DNA of 64,000 nucleotides from Chlorokybus atmophyticus (GCA_009103225.1 RHPI01003009.1:601354-665353); one strand, 5' to 3'; positions 1-12,877 are shown, numbered from the stretch's first letter. The notes: generated by a model not told the origin, from the sequence alone. A program made the numbers and translations.

Positions 1-108
1 GCATGAAGCCATAGCGTTACTGCTGTATTACCAGATGCCAGCTGTGGTGTTGGTGCTTGAATGGCACTCTGCTGCGTGGTGACCAGTGTTCCGCAACTGG
101 CAGTTTGC

Positions 109-1210
109 TTAGTGAGTGCCTGTGTTGCTTTGGGGCATTGGGTAAGCGTACCTTTCGTGTAAATAACGGTGCATGATGGCAGATCTTCTCCATGTGCTTT
201 GAGCATGTATTTCTTCTAGAGTAACACCAGCATGGAAGGCGCTTTGAGCGGCACCACGCCTGAAAGAGTGCAACCCCAGGTGAGGCCTATATATGCCACA
301 TGCCTTGCAACAGCGCACAACCGCATGGTATGCATAATTGCTAGACATGTTATGCTCTTCCCACTTTGACCTATTCTTGGCAACAGGCCGAAATAGAGGA
401 CCAGCCGTGATGGCGAAGCAGCTTCCGCGACAGTAGGTTAGATAGGCATATAGCACTTCAGGGAACTTTACAGGCAGACTACTGCTGCACACTTGTATGC
501 TAGGTGCACCTCCGGTGCTGCAGTTCTAGAGATGTGTGACAGTGGCCATCAGCCTGGAACCTGCCACATGTATCTAGTGCATCTGTAAGCGCGCACCTTC
601 ACCACCCCGTTGCCATGTGCACCATAGGTATACACAAAGTGCATAGTCGCGGCAGAGCACCGCCTTGTCACATGTGACCATCAATGGCGGAGGTATGGTA
701 CACAGCTGCTGCTGGAAGTATTGGATCAGCACGCGCATGTCGTTAATTGCCGATGGCACAGCAGCAATAGGTTGAACGTCTTGCCGAGCAGCAAACTTGG
801 CATACCCTTGACGGAACTCGCGCACGTCCATGGACAGAATCGGGTTCCCTGTAGACATGTTGCTATCCCAAGGGCTGATGCGTCCTAGCATTCTGAACGA
901 GCATGTGAGATGTGAGATCACATTGTTCAGTGTAGTGCTGGAGATCATGTGATGGCCTTGGCGGTCAAGCCTGCCAGCCTTGCCAATGTGTGTGTTGGTG
1001 CAATGCCAGCAAGGTAGCTTGTGACGACAGCTGGGGTGACATTGGCAACGGCAATGTAGAGCTCGGGATGTTGCAGGTAGTTGGCAAACTCTTGCTAGGC
1101 GCGATCGTGTTGATTGCGAGTGTCATCAGATACAGATTCACGGCTGATGCGCTCCACTTCCAACAGCGCTGCCGCTGCTCGCTGTCGCAGATTGCAACTG
1201 ACTACTCGTT
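109..1210 (-). mobile_element. Degenerate tyrosine recombinase gene (DIRS/Ngaro retrotransposon or Crypton-type), frameshifted
   Basis: Minus-strand pieces: core-binding region EVERISRESVSDDTRNQHDRA*QEFANYL...NVTPAVVTSYLA (~1190-960); CRDYALCVYLWCTWQRGGE with the catalytic R (574-948); HLGLHSFRRGAAQSAF...STWRRSAIMHRYL with HxxR, W and Y (109-492). Internal stop and frameshifts; no RT in the window. Confidence 0.8.
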
Positions 1211-2349
1211 GAGGACGAACCGTTGCGCGTGCGGTGCGTTGAGCATCAGCAGAGTGTTGCAAGCGTTATGCGACGTCCATCTGCAAAAGGACCAAACATT
1301 GTCAAACAATATAACACAACCATTGTGATTTGCAACTTTCTCGATACAGTGCACCAGGCTCTACATCTACAACTCTTCCCTACCAATATATGTTTGGGAG
1401 GGTGAGGTAGAATGTTCTATGCATTTACAATCGTTCATCGTGTAAACCATAGTTATAACGATGAACGCGTTGCATCGTAGGGCTTAGATGTTTTTGCCAA
1501 ATTTGGACTTGAGGTAGAAATATTGTTTGTGAAAAAAAAGAAATGTAGATCGCTCATCGTGTGTAAAGTAGTAGTAGTATAATCGGAATCGATTCAAGAA
1601 CATTGAGCATGCGACAACGCCTTAACCATTAAGCTACAAGTGCATGTACCAGTAGGGACAAATGAGTCCTTCGTAATTATAGTTTACAACAATGTGCTGC
1701 TTGGCGACTGTCGAGTTGGCGGCGGTAATTGCTGATGGACAGTTGGCGATTGTCCCTTTGATAAACCTATAGGCTGTGCCTATGCATGTATAAGCAGTTA
1801 TAGACTTTACCAATATTATAAACAGATGATCATTAGACAGCCGCAACTCGGCGGCTGCCAGTACGCCAGTATATGTATGGCTGTTCATAAGTTTGTAACC
1901 TTGCTAGGAATTGTCGTTGTCGTAATGCCTGGTATTGAGGCGTGATATGTAGCAGCCAAATTGCGGCTGTCATCGAAACCAGTGTACATGGTTGGGCTGT
2001 TAATGAACGTGTGGTTTTACGAGGTGTCATGCGTTTTGAGTAAGTAAGGCTATAAGCTTAAGTTGATTGCAACTTGATACATGCTGCTAAAAACAGACAC
2101 ATTATTAGTGCAATACAAGCAAAACATTAAGTTAAGTTTATTGATAATCTATTGTGAATAGCATCATCTGTAATTACATATGATAGTTAGTACGATTGCA
2201 TACGTTTTGGTGAAGTAATGATATGCTATATCATAATCATAATACATATATATAAGTTACTTTATTATATTATCAAGTTGGAAATGTACAAGCGATCATG
2301 GTGTATTGATTATTAGCACAGCCGCATTATGCACATCCTCTTATTGTCA

Positions 2350-2386
2350 GGGGCTCTCCCCACCTGCGGGATAAAGGCGGGATAGG
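2350..2386 (+). repeat. Harbinger left TIR
   Basis: GGGGCTCTCCCCACCTGCGGGATAAAGGCGGGATAGG; 35/37 identical to the reverse complement of 7783-7819. Confidence 0.92.
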
Positions 2387-2763
2387 TTTTGGGTACCTAT
2401 CCCGCGTCTATGCGACGAAATGAGTCCCCACCGGCGCGATAAACACGCGTTTATCCAATGCGCGCCGCAATGGTACGAGGAATAGAGGTGTGGGATAAAC
2501 GTGAGCTATCCCATTAAGATCAACTGTTTTTGAGAATAGTCGGTGCAGTGGGATAACCGCTAATAGTGCACCAGCGAGCGCCACGTGTGTTGTAACTGCG
2601 GAGAAGTGACCAAGCTGAAACTTAACGTCATTTGCAGGTAAACTTTTCAGCGGCAACGCTGGCACTGCGCGAGCGGCAGAGGCGGCGGCGGCGGTGGGGT
2701 GTTTGGGGTGCGGCGTGAGGGTAGGGTTCCTAGCGTTGACGTCAGCTAGTGGGCTATACGAAC

Positions 2764-5517
2764 ATGGCAGGCAACCAGTGGATCAGGCGACCTGACGGCA
2801 GCGTTTTCGATCGCTATGCCAATAGTCAGTACGTGGCAGGTAGGCCACCTATTGTAAACTGTTCTGGGCTTGCTTTGTGCATTGTCATTGTGAGCTGCTA
2901 GAGAGTGGTTTGTAATGTTGTGAGTAGCATAGAGGTAGCACTACTATGCCAGCAACGGTGCAGTGTAGTTGTAGTTGTTGAGTTGAAACTGTGCCTATAT
3001 ACGTCAGAGCAACTTGTACGCTCATATTGTTGTCATGTGCGTGCAATGTTGTGAGCTTTGTGCATTGTCTTGAGCTGCTAGAGAGTGGTTTGTAATGTTG
3101 TGAGTAGCACAGCGGTAGCACTACTATGCCAGCAATGGTGCAGTGTAGTTGTAGTTGTTGAGTTGTTGAACTGTGCCTATATACGTTAGAGCAACTTGTA
3201 CGCTCATGTTGTCGTCATGTGTGTGCAATGTTGTGAGCAAGTTGTAGTCAACACAAACAAGCTAGCATTGCTTAAGTGTAGAGTTTGTTGCTGACTCTCT
3301 TCATCAATGCACATGCATATGTAAAGAGCAGTTTGTGTATTCTCTCATGAACTGACTAACGCCTGCATGCAGCTCAATGCATTGGGTGCGTGAATGTACC
3401 ATGAAGACAACAGTGTGACAGCCTATAGTGGGTGATAAAAGTATGCGTGTGTTGTGGCTAATACAATGTTGTGAGTAGCTGGAGGGTATGGCACCAATGC
3501 GCGCAATGGTGCATTGTAATTGTAGTTGTACTTGTTGACTACTTGAAGTTGTGCACATACACGTCAGAGCAACTTGTATGCTCTGGTTCTTGTCACGGGC
3601 GTGCATGTTGCGAGCCACTTGTGATCATGCTAGCCATGGTCAACCGTAGTTGTAGTTGCTGACTTGTGTGTTCAATACACAAACATACGTTCAGTTTGTG
3701 TACGCTTCCATGAGCTGATAAACTGACAGAACTAGAGGAGGAGGCAGAACGGCGTAGGGAGGCAGCAGCTCGCCAGCAAGCAGAGCCAGTTGCGCCTCAC
3801 ACGCTTGCCTTTGACTCTCTTGGCCCGCATGTGGGCATGCACGTCCCTGCAGGCTACGACAGCGTGCCGGCATGGGACGACCTACAAAGGCAGGTGAGCT
3901 AGGCTTGGCTTGTGCATGCGCTGGTGCTTGCGTTTATTGACGCATTATTGGTAGGTTGGTCATGCTTTTATGCCAGCAGCAATGGCGGGAATGCGGGCAC
4001 CTGTCCAGCCAGATGCACACTCATATCACTATAGCCAGACGCGCAACCCAATGCCATCCATTCCCGCTAGCATGCAGCAGCCGTTCCTTGACAGCATGCA
4101 GCCTTCAACATCCAGTCAGGTTGATGATGTCAACATCAGCAAGCATGTGTTGTGGCGTTGACTATGTCGTTAACTTAAGACAAGGCTTGACACCGTCATT
4201 GTTGTTGTGCAGTCAGCATACACAAGTACGCCGCGCACACTGGCCAACAGGGTACACGCCCAAACTCCAGCAGGCACGCATGCAGATGTGCCACATGCGA
4301 ATGCGGATGAGCTTACACCCACCATGGTGAGTGCTGCTTGTGAAGTTAACATGTTATAGTGTGTGTATGTCAATTCCTGAGTGAAAGTGCGCAGGCATCA
4401 GATGCGCAAGGCATGAAGAGAAAGCCCACAGCCAAGCGCACGAAAGCCGGGGTCAGTGCGCGTGCTAAGAATGGTGCCGCTGTCGACAACCCGAAAGCTT
4501 TCGAGTGGACTGTCGAGGTCGTGAGGCAGATGTTTGAGGCACATGGTGAGGCTGTCGCGTTCCTGCAGCTGAAACACAAAACACTGCCACGCAAAAGCAC
4601 ATCTGGTTATTGACTGCTCAGCGCATGGGCATGTCAGCGTCAGTGGGCAAGATCAAGAACAAGTACAAGAACTTGTAGGCTGAGTACTCGGTGAGTCGGA
4701 GTTGTGACAGCTATTTTAAAGCACGTGTTTGTATTTAAAACTCACTCATTGCTGGGCAGGCATACGAGAAGGTGCGCAAACGCAGCGGTCAGACTGATTC
4801 GCCCACGGACGAGCATGGTCAGATAGTCAAGAAACCCAGCTTCTACGAGGAGTGCCATGGGCAGTGGCAAGACAACAAGTATATGGACTTGGCGGCGTTT
4901 TCGGATTCTAAGGCATTCAAGAAAATGGATATGTTGTATTTTGGCAGCGATGGTGAGGAAGAAGGCGACCTCTTTGATAGCGGGAGCTAGGATGACTACT
5001 CATACCCTAAGGACGACAAGCACGACAAATATGCAACTTACAATGGAGATGGGACTGTTGGGGATGTGAAAGACCCCGCAGAAAGCGGCAAGGCAAAGCG
5101 ACATCATCAGCAGGCCAAGCGACAGCCTCAAAAGGTAACAATCCATGTTGTACTGTTGTGTATAACGGTGGCGACGCACATTTGTCACCATTGCTATTGT
5201 TGTTAGGGGAGCCGCCCAGTTGGGTCAAGGACTGGTTGACGGCTCAAACCAAGAAGGACGACAGAGCGCGCGAGCGCGTGCAAGAGTTGGAGGCTCAGCG
5301 TGCCTATGACTACCAGCAAGACCAGCTTGCCTTGGAGCGCAGGAGGTTGGATCTGGAAGAGCGAGTTGCACAGCGGGCGGAAGAGCGCGCGGCGCGTGAA
5401 CTTGAGCTGCGCAGACAGGCACAACAGCCCCCAGCGTGGGTCTTGGCCTTCATGGCCGCTTTAAAGAAAGATGAGCCATTGAGTTCGGTTGTCTCCTTTG
5501 TGGCTAGCATACAATAA
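2764..5517 (+). pseudogene. Harbinger Myb/SANT-like DNA-binding protein, multi-exon, with in-frame stops
   Basis: Exon 1 MAGNQWIRRPDGSVFDRYANSQYVA then gtaggc. Later exons FEWTVEVVRQMFEAH...QWAKIKNKYKNL*AEYS|AYEKVRKRSGQTDSP...KPSFYEE (trihelix/SANT-like), an acidic stretch and a C-terminal coiled coil (5211-5517). Stops at ~4611, ~4676 and ~4988. Confidence 0.75.
2873..3238 (+). repeat. ~183-bp tandem repeat (2 copies, plus a diverged partial third at ~3462-3625) in intron 1 of the Myb gene
   Basis: ctttgtgcattgtc...gagctgctagagagtggtttgtaatgttgtgagtagca...gtgagc starts at 2873 and 3056. The core caatgttgtgagtag...acgtcagagcaacttgta recurs near 3462-3580. Confidence 0.85.
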
Positions 5518-5719
5518 ATCAGGTTGTGTATGTGACGCTTGCTCTCTGTTGATAATGGGAGTATCACTGCATGTGGTGAATGTCCCTCTTGTAATTGTGA
5601 GTGTGAGTGTGTGAGTTGTACAAGTCACGTTTACATGTGAAGTGTAACAGCAAGTCAGTCACATAGTTCTGTTAGCTAGGCTACACGAAACCCGCTCAGC
5701 CTTGCTATCTTCCTACGCA

Positions 5720-7084
5720 TTAGCAACCCAGCTTCTCTGCCACGAGGTCGACCACGGCGTTGATCGGCAGCTGCCGCTATGTCACGCAATAAGTCCATGT
5801 GCCTATGGTTTTGCTGGTGGTCATCAACCCCATGCGCACGTCCTCGACACCCTCTTCTTTATGAGCCAAGCAGAAATTGTGTAGAATCATGCATGCCTCG
5901 CACACCAAATTAATGGCCGCAGGGTTGCGAATGCCTATGCCGGTTAAGGTTGTCAGCCACACGTTCTTTAACGCTCCAATAGTGCGCTCGATATGCATGC
6001 GCACACTGCTAAACTAATCGTTGAACGCAGCTTCCGCTGAGCCCTCAGGCTCTATCTCAAAGGGAACAATCACAAATGGTCTTAGAATGTACCCGGCATC
6101 AGACATAAACCATGCAGCAACAGGGAAACCACCTGCCTCACACATCCTCCCCAAACTGCTGCAGGACCATACAGTCTTGTCATTGTTGCATCCTGGCATG
6201 CTGGAGAAGTAGTTGGTAATGTACTCGTGCTCATCACATACCACCATCGAGTTCGTGGCGTAATAACCCTTGTAGCAATTGTACTCATCCGCAACTTGCG
6301 CGGATGCAGCTACAGGTCGCGAATGCAAAAAGAGTGTTCTGTCAACGATGCCGCATAGCCCCACAAATCCTCGTGCATTTGGATTCCGCGGCGCACTCAT
6401 CAAATTGAATGCCTGTTGCACATCTTTCATTGAGCGCTCGAAATTGCCAACTTCCGGATGGTGAGGGCCACCAGGCCAGCGCACATACATTGGACCAACA
6501 ATACGCTTTACAGCGCGCCAGAAGCGCAACAGTTCTCGCTGTGAAGTTGACTTGCCTATGCCGAAGAGGTGCGAAATGCTCAGGTCGCTCAAGTTGTGTG
6601 CCAGCTTGTAAAGCATTGATGCAACACGCCTCTTCAGGCCAATAGCTTGGCGGTACTTTGTGTGTTGCCGTTGCAAGCGTGGCCTAAGCATATCACAAAA
6701 AAGGTCAAAAGCAGGATGAGAAATACGAAATGCCTCAACCCATCGCGATCCGGTGAGATGCTGAGCATGCCGGTCCCACCACATATCATCACGAAAATGT
6801 TTCCACACTCTGCCACTCGTAAAAATCCCCACCTCCTTCTTTAGGCTTGCCAATAAATCAACAAGAAAGAAGCAGAAGAAGAGTAGTAAGACCGTTCATT
6901 GTGGATTGCTGGCGCACAAGCTAGGTCCAACAACATTGCCTCATCATCCAGGCTTTGATTGAATTGCAACTGCATGTCCTCTATCTCCGCATCAAATGCA
7001 TCACGCATGCGAATGCGCATCCGTTCCTGATTGTCTAGCTAACATCATGATGACGACAGCGCAGAATGCGGTGGCGTCATCCAT
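5720..7084 (-). pseudogene. Harbinger DDE nuclease (HARBI1/DDE_Tnp_4-like)
   Basis: ORF 6014-6853: FRISHPAFDLFCDMLRP, LYKLAHNLSDLSISHLFGIGKST, CGIVDRT (GxIDGT motif altered), NCYKGYY, ND, FMSDAGY. Continues past a stop into RMHIERTIGALKNVW...ACMILHNFC. Confidence 0.88.
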
Positions 7085-7782
7085 AGCTGGAAGGGGCTCT
7101 GTCAACACACGCAAAGACAACAATCAAAATGCCTGTCAAGTCTTCGCACGCACGCACGCATTGACTTACACACACTGCTATGCAACACAAACACACACAC
7201 AGACACGTTCTCGGTTCAAGATACTGCGTAGGCCTACTAGTGATACACAAGCACGCAGTCAGGCATCTCTCACATACACGCGTGCACGCGCGCACGCATA
7301 AACACACGTACGCCTATTTCAAGCAACACAGGCACTCACCCTGCAATGTATGCAATCGTCTACTGCACACTTAATGAGTTAGTCGATAACGGATCAATCT
7401 TGGCCCGCCAAAACCATACAAGTCATGTCACACATATACACACACATATAAAAGCATAAAATTACACATATAGTAGCTTACTTTTGTGACGCCTAAAGCT
7501 GCTTACAGCCACATATCCTCTCCGCCAAATGCCCACACACGCCGCCGCCATCCACAAGCTCACCGCCGCCACCGCCGTCAAGCCTGCTCATGGAGAGGCA
7601 GCCAGTGCCAGTGCCAAATGGCGCTAATTTGGTGCTATATATGGCGGTAAATGACGAGAGTCGCATGACTTCCGCGAGTCTTGTGACTGCCGCGACTTTC
7701 TAACCCTAATGTTCTATTATCAAGTGGGGAGTCGCCGGCGGATAGGATAGTTCGGCGCGATTCTCATAATGAGCGCGATTAT

Positions 7783-7819
7783 CCTATCCCGCCTCTATCC
7801 CGCAGGTGGGGAGAGCCTC
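7783..7819 (-). repeat. Harbinger right TIR
   Basis: Reverse complement GAGGCTCTCCCCACCTGCGGGATAGAGGCGGGATAGG. Confidence 0.92.
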
Positions 7820-8420
7820 TTAAGCCGACAGCTTATCAATTTGAAGCGTAAACATTGGCAGCCCCGGCTGTCAACTTAACAGCCACCAACTGTTTGCAAG
7901 CGTGCACATACAGTCGGTGCGTGCCTGTTATTGATCATTATGTAAGTAGTCCTTATACACATTGACGCTGAGTTACAAAGCCAGTATAACTATTGATCCG
8001 TGCTGTACCGTACATGGTGCTGCACGGACCATATACAGTCTGCCATAGCAGGGCCGCAGGGCCGCGGGATCGCACTGGTCTGTTTTCAAGAACCAGCGTT
8101 ATGTATAGGTCCGTGCCGCACCATACATCCCGTAAGACAACACCCTCCACCCTGACCTTTTTGTCACTCCTACCGCATGGTTGAAAGACTGCATTAGAGA
8201 CTCCCTCGCCTCATCAGCAGGGCAGTTGATTATTGGTTTTAGTTTCCCCCATAGATGTCCAATTGAACTCGGTTGTCATCAACTACACAGCAGCTCCGCT
8301 ACAGCGACGGCCTGCGACGCTGGCAGGATGAGCGTGACGCGGGGCGAGGTGCTCGATCGCGCTGTTCAGTATCACAAAGACAATGCAGAGTCGCGCGCGC
8401 TGCGTCAATAGGTGGCGCAT

Positions 8421-8845
8421 TGTTGAGAGTCATCCCTACATACGATCAGCATCGACCCTCCACACAGGAGTAGAAGGTCGTAAGGACAAGCACTAGGTCC
8501 GGACTTGGCAAGATGACGTCGTCGGACCAGACTCCGGACTCCAGACTGGAGCCTTACTAACTGCTTCGTATCTCCGCGTATACTTACTTATAATTGACAT
8601 GTAAGAGCTTGTTGGAAAGCTCTGGTTGTAAGAAAGACAACGCAGCTTAGAACACGTCAAAAGGCTGAGTATAGCTTACGCAGTGCTTGCAAACGTAGAC
8701 GTGTGTGTAACTGGCTGGTGTAAGAACCTGCGGACAACTTGTAATAGATGGATGTGATGTGACTTGTGTATGCTCTGGTGGCGGTAGCTCTGTCTCTGTG
8801 CATCCATGCTTGCCTCAACTACATGTGCATGCTAGTCCTTCAACA
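8421..8845 (+). repeat. Copia 5' LTR (425 bp)
   Basis: About 95% identical to the 3' LTR by manual alignment (~20 substitutions, one 8-nt indel). Confidence 0.96.
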
Positions 8846-8859
8846 GGTTATGGGCCCAC
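8846..8859 (+). other. Primer-binding site for half tRNA-iMet
   Basis: GGTTATGGGCCCAC directly after the LTR, complementary to the anticodon-arm region of plant-type initiator tRNA-Met (GUGGGCCCAUAACC). Confidence 0.85.
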
Positions 8860-8973
8860 ACTACGCTTGAGGAGTGTGAGACTAGCTTGTGTGCATAGTA
8901 GTTCTACACTACGATAGTCTGTTGGTAGCAGAGCCTTGGGTGTCACCTGCAAGAAAAGGCAAGCACGACAAAG

Positions 8974-11900
8974 ATGGAGGCGACCTACGACAAGGAGCAG
9001 ATTGCAAAGCTGAACACCGACAACTACAACACATGGTGCGTGGAGATGAAGGCCTTGCTCATCCACAAGGTGTGGAAGTATGTTGATTCGAAGGCACCAC
9101 CACCAACACCAGGAGTGAACACTGTGTGGTCAGAGCATTCAGCAGAAGCACACTCTTTGCTTGTGTTGAACAGCAAACCGCATCACTTTCCCATGCTCAC
9201 TGCATGTGAAGATGGTAGACAAGCTTGGGAAAAGCTATCAGCCGTTTTCAGAGCCAGGAACAATGCCTAAAGTTGCAGCTACGCAAGCAGCTGAGCGCAC
9301 TCAGGAAGGAGGCAACGGAACCCATCACAAAGTATGTTGCGCGCGCGAGAAATCTGTGGGCAGACCTCATTAACGTCGGCTACAACATGGGGGAGACGGA
9401 GGTAGTGCTGGCCATTGTTGCAGGGCTACCAGCAAAGTACGAGGTCGTCGCAACCCTGCTGGAGACGTCATCATTGGAGTTGACGTTGGACGATGTGCTA
9501 CCGAAGCTGCTCACCGTGAAGCAGAGAGTTGTGAAGAAGGACGAGCAAGCGGATGCCGTCGCCGTCTACACCGGCAAGCACGTAAAGAAGAGCAACCATG
9601 AAGACAAGTATAAGGGCAACAAGCCAGGCAATTCTCGTCACAAAGACCTCACATGCCACTGGTGTGGTTGGAAGGGGCACATTGTGAAGGATTGTACGAA
9701 GAAACAACAGGGGCAACCTAGAGCAAGCACAAGCAACAGCGGTAACGAGCACCAACACAAGGAGAAACATGTCGCCTTTACTGCATCCAGTTCGAGGGCG
9801 GGCACAGCTTTCTGGGTGGTGGACTCTGGCTGCGATCGTTAATCGTCATCTCACACCAAATAAAGAGGTGATGGAGAGCTACAAGAAGCTGACATTTACA
9901 GTGAAGGTAGCGGGCTTCGGTGGCGAAGTACTGGTGGCTGAGGGAGTTGGCAATGTACGACTCCGGTGCAAGGTTGGTAACACAGTAGGCGAGGTGTTGC
10001 TACGCAACATCCTGCATGTTCCTAAGGCTATTGCGAGTCTATTCTCTGTGAGGGTTGCGGAGCGCTTAGGCGCGGAGATCCTATTTCAGAAGGGTGCTGC
10101 TCAGTCATTCTAGGTGGGGTCGTGCACATGGTTGGAATCGCTGATCCGGGCTCTACCACGTGGAGCAGCACCCTTAGGACATTGACATTCAAGCCATGGT
10201 GGTGAAGGACAAGAGTCGCCAACATTGTGGCATCGAAGGTTCGGGCATCTCAGCTACGTTAACCTCACTCGCCTTGTCGCTGAGAAGATGGTTAAGGGCA
10301 TCCATCTCAGCACACAGAAGAACTCAAGAATGCATCAGGTGCACTTTGTATTCCATGCCTGGTTGCAAAGCAGCATGCTATGCCATTCCCATCATCCTCT
10401 TCAAGCAGTCAGCATCCATGCGAGTTTGTGCACATGGATGTCTGTGGCCCTATGCGCATTGTGGGGAAGGGAGGGTTTAGGTACTTGCTACATTCCTCGA
10501 CGACTACAGCAAGCTATCCGTCATCTTTCCGTTGACACTGAAGTCAGAAGTTGCTGGAGCTGTGCGCACAGTTGTGGCCTTGTTGGAGACCCAGTCTGGC
10601 AACAAGATGAAGGCAATGAGGAGTGATCGAGGAGGGGAGTACATCAACAAGGAGTTGAAGGAGTTCTTCGCCAGCAAGGGCATACGCCACGAGATAACGG
10701 CACCCTACACCCCGCAGCAAAATGGAGCAGCTGAACGCCTCAACAGGACACTCTTAGAGCGTGTTCGAGCCATGCTCAACGACACAAAGATGGAAGACAG
10801 TGTGTGGAAGGAGGCGGTACTCACTGCCAATTACATCCGCAACAGGTCTCCAGTGAGCTTAGAGCAGAAGACTCCTTGGGAGCACGTATATGGAACCACA
10901 CCAGATGTAAGTGGTATGCGCGTGTAGATGCACGGTATATGCACTAGTGCCTAAATAGCTCAGGCACAAGTTGGAACCGGTCAGCAAGAAGGGCATCTTC
11001 GTTGGTTACGAGCTGGGTTCCAAGGCTTATAGGATGTTGCTGCAAGACACTCAGAAGATCATCGTGAGCAGAGAGGTGGTTTTCCATGAGGGATTATCAC
11101 AACCTGAAGCAGGCTTCTTTCCGGGAGATGACGATGATGTACAACTACAGGAGCATCCTAAGACAGTGGAGGCTGAGGGTGAGGCCGTCATCAACAACAA
11201 GGGTGAGCAAGACTCAGTTGTAGCAGGCCAGCAGGAGCCGCACCTGCAGCAGGAGCACGCAGCTCGGAGATACCCAGTGAGGGAAAGAAAGCACCTGACT
11301 TCCTACACGAGGCACACGTCGCCAGTGTGCAGGAGAATGAAGAACCAAGCAGCTATGCAGAGGCATTGTTAGCACCAGATGCGGAGCAATGGCAGCGTGC
11401 TATGGATGAGGAGATTGCGTCACTCCATGCCAACAACACTTGGTCACTTGAGCAGTTACCGCAAGGAGTGAAGACCATTCCAGTGAAATGGGTCTTGAAG
11501 GTGAAGCGTGATGGTCAGGGCAACATTGAGCGCTACAAGGCAAGACTGGTGGCAAAGGGCTTTTTGCAGCAGGAAGGTGTGAACTTCAACGAAGTGTTTG
11601 CACCTGCAAGTAAGCATACCACCTTCCGTGCACTGCTAGCTGCGGTTGCTGCTGAGGACCTAAAGCTGCATCACCTCGACGTGAAGACTGCCTTCATCTA
11701 CGGAGAGCTGGAGGAGGAGATCTTCATCGAGCAACCACCTGGATATGAAGAAGGGGAGAGAAACACAGTGTGCAAGCTGATCAAGGCACTGTACGGGCTG
11801 CGACAGGTACCGCGTATGTGGCACATCATCAAGCTCACCAAGGAGCTGGAGGCACTTGGCTTCACCGCATCCTCTGCAGACCCTGGGCTCTTCATCCATG

Positions 11901-12877
11901 CAGACAACAAGGTCTGGCTGCTCGTGTATGTGGATGATATCATCATCACCGCCAGGCAGGTGCACCACCTACAGGAGACGAAACTTGCTCTACAGCAAGC
12001 ATTCTGAGTTCGTGATCTTGGAGAGGCCAAGTGGTTCCTTGGCATGGTGATTGAGCGCGACAGGGCGGCTCGCACAATCAAGATCAGTCAGGAGCAGATG
12101 GTGAGAAGACTCGTCACCAAGTTTGGGCTCACTGAAGCGAAGACCAAGACCACACCGTTGGCACTTGGCACTGCCCTCATCAAGGCAAAGGATGAGGAGG
12201 TACTCGACAAGGCTCAGTATCCATATGGTGAGCTGGTAGGCAGCATGCTCTATCTGGCAGTGTGCACACGTCCCGATGTTGCACATGCTGTGGGAGTACT
12301 TGCTCGCTACATGTCTGCACCGAGCATGGAGCACTGGAGAGCAGCAAAGGGAGTACTACGCTATGTTGCTGGGAGCGCAACAGTTGGCATCAAGTTTGGG
12401 AGCGGGAGCACTGAGTTGGAGGGCTACTGCGACTCGGACTTTGCTGGTGACCTCAACAGCAGGAGGTCCACTACAGGCTACGTCTTCAAGCTGAACGGAG
12501 GCGTGGTGAGCTGGAACAGCAAGCTGCAGCCAACAACAGCAGCATCTACATTGGAGGCTGAGTACATGGCAGCGGCAGCAGCAGTGCAGGAGGCACTCTG
12601 GCTTCGTAAGCTCATGGCAGACGTGGAGCACCCCATGGCGTGCATCATCATCAACTGTGACAACTTAGGGGCCATCAAGTTGTTAAAGCACCCTACCGCC
12701 TCGGCAAGAACGAAGCACATTGATGTTATGCATCACTTCGTGCGTGACAGAGTCACAAGGAAAGAGGTGGAGTTCCAGTATTGCAACACCGAGGGCATGC
12801 TGGCGGACTTCATGACAAAGCCATTGTCACCGCTCAAGTTCAAGACTTGTCGCGCAGGACTTGGCATCTGTGTTTGA
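8974..12877 (+). pseudogene. Copia gag-pol polyprotein with multiple frameshifts and stops
   Basis: Gag LNTDNYNTW; zinc knuckle CHWCGWKGHIVKDC; protease WVVDSG; GAG-pre-integrase WHRRFGHLS; integrase RSDRGGEY and TAPYTPQQNGAAERLNRTL; RT YKARLVAKG and LLVYVDDII; RNase H YCDSDFAGD and RTKHIDV. Confidence 0.95.

Larger units (their letters stand above)
2350..7819. mobile_element. PIF/Harbinger DNA transposon, full length but decayed
   Basis: 37-bp TIRs, convergent Myb/SANT-like (+) and DDE nuclease (-) genes. Flanks TCA (2347-2349) and TTA (7820-7822) fit a TWA TSD with one change. Confidence 0.9.
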
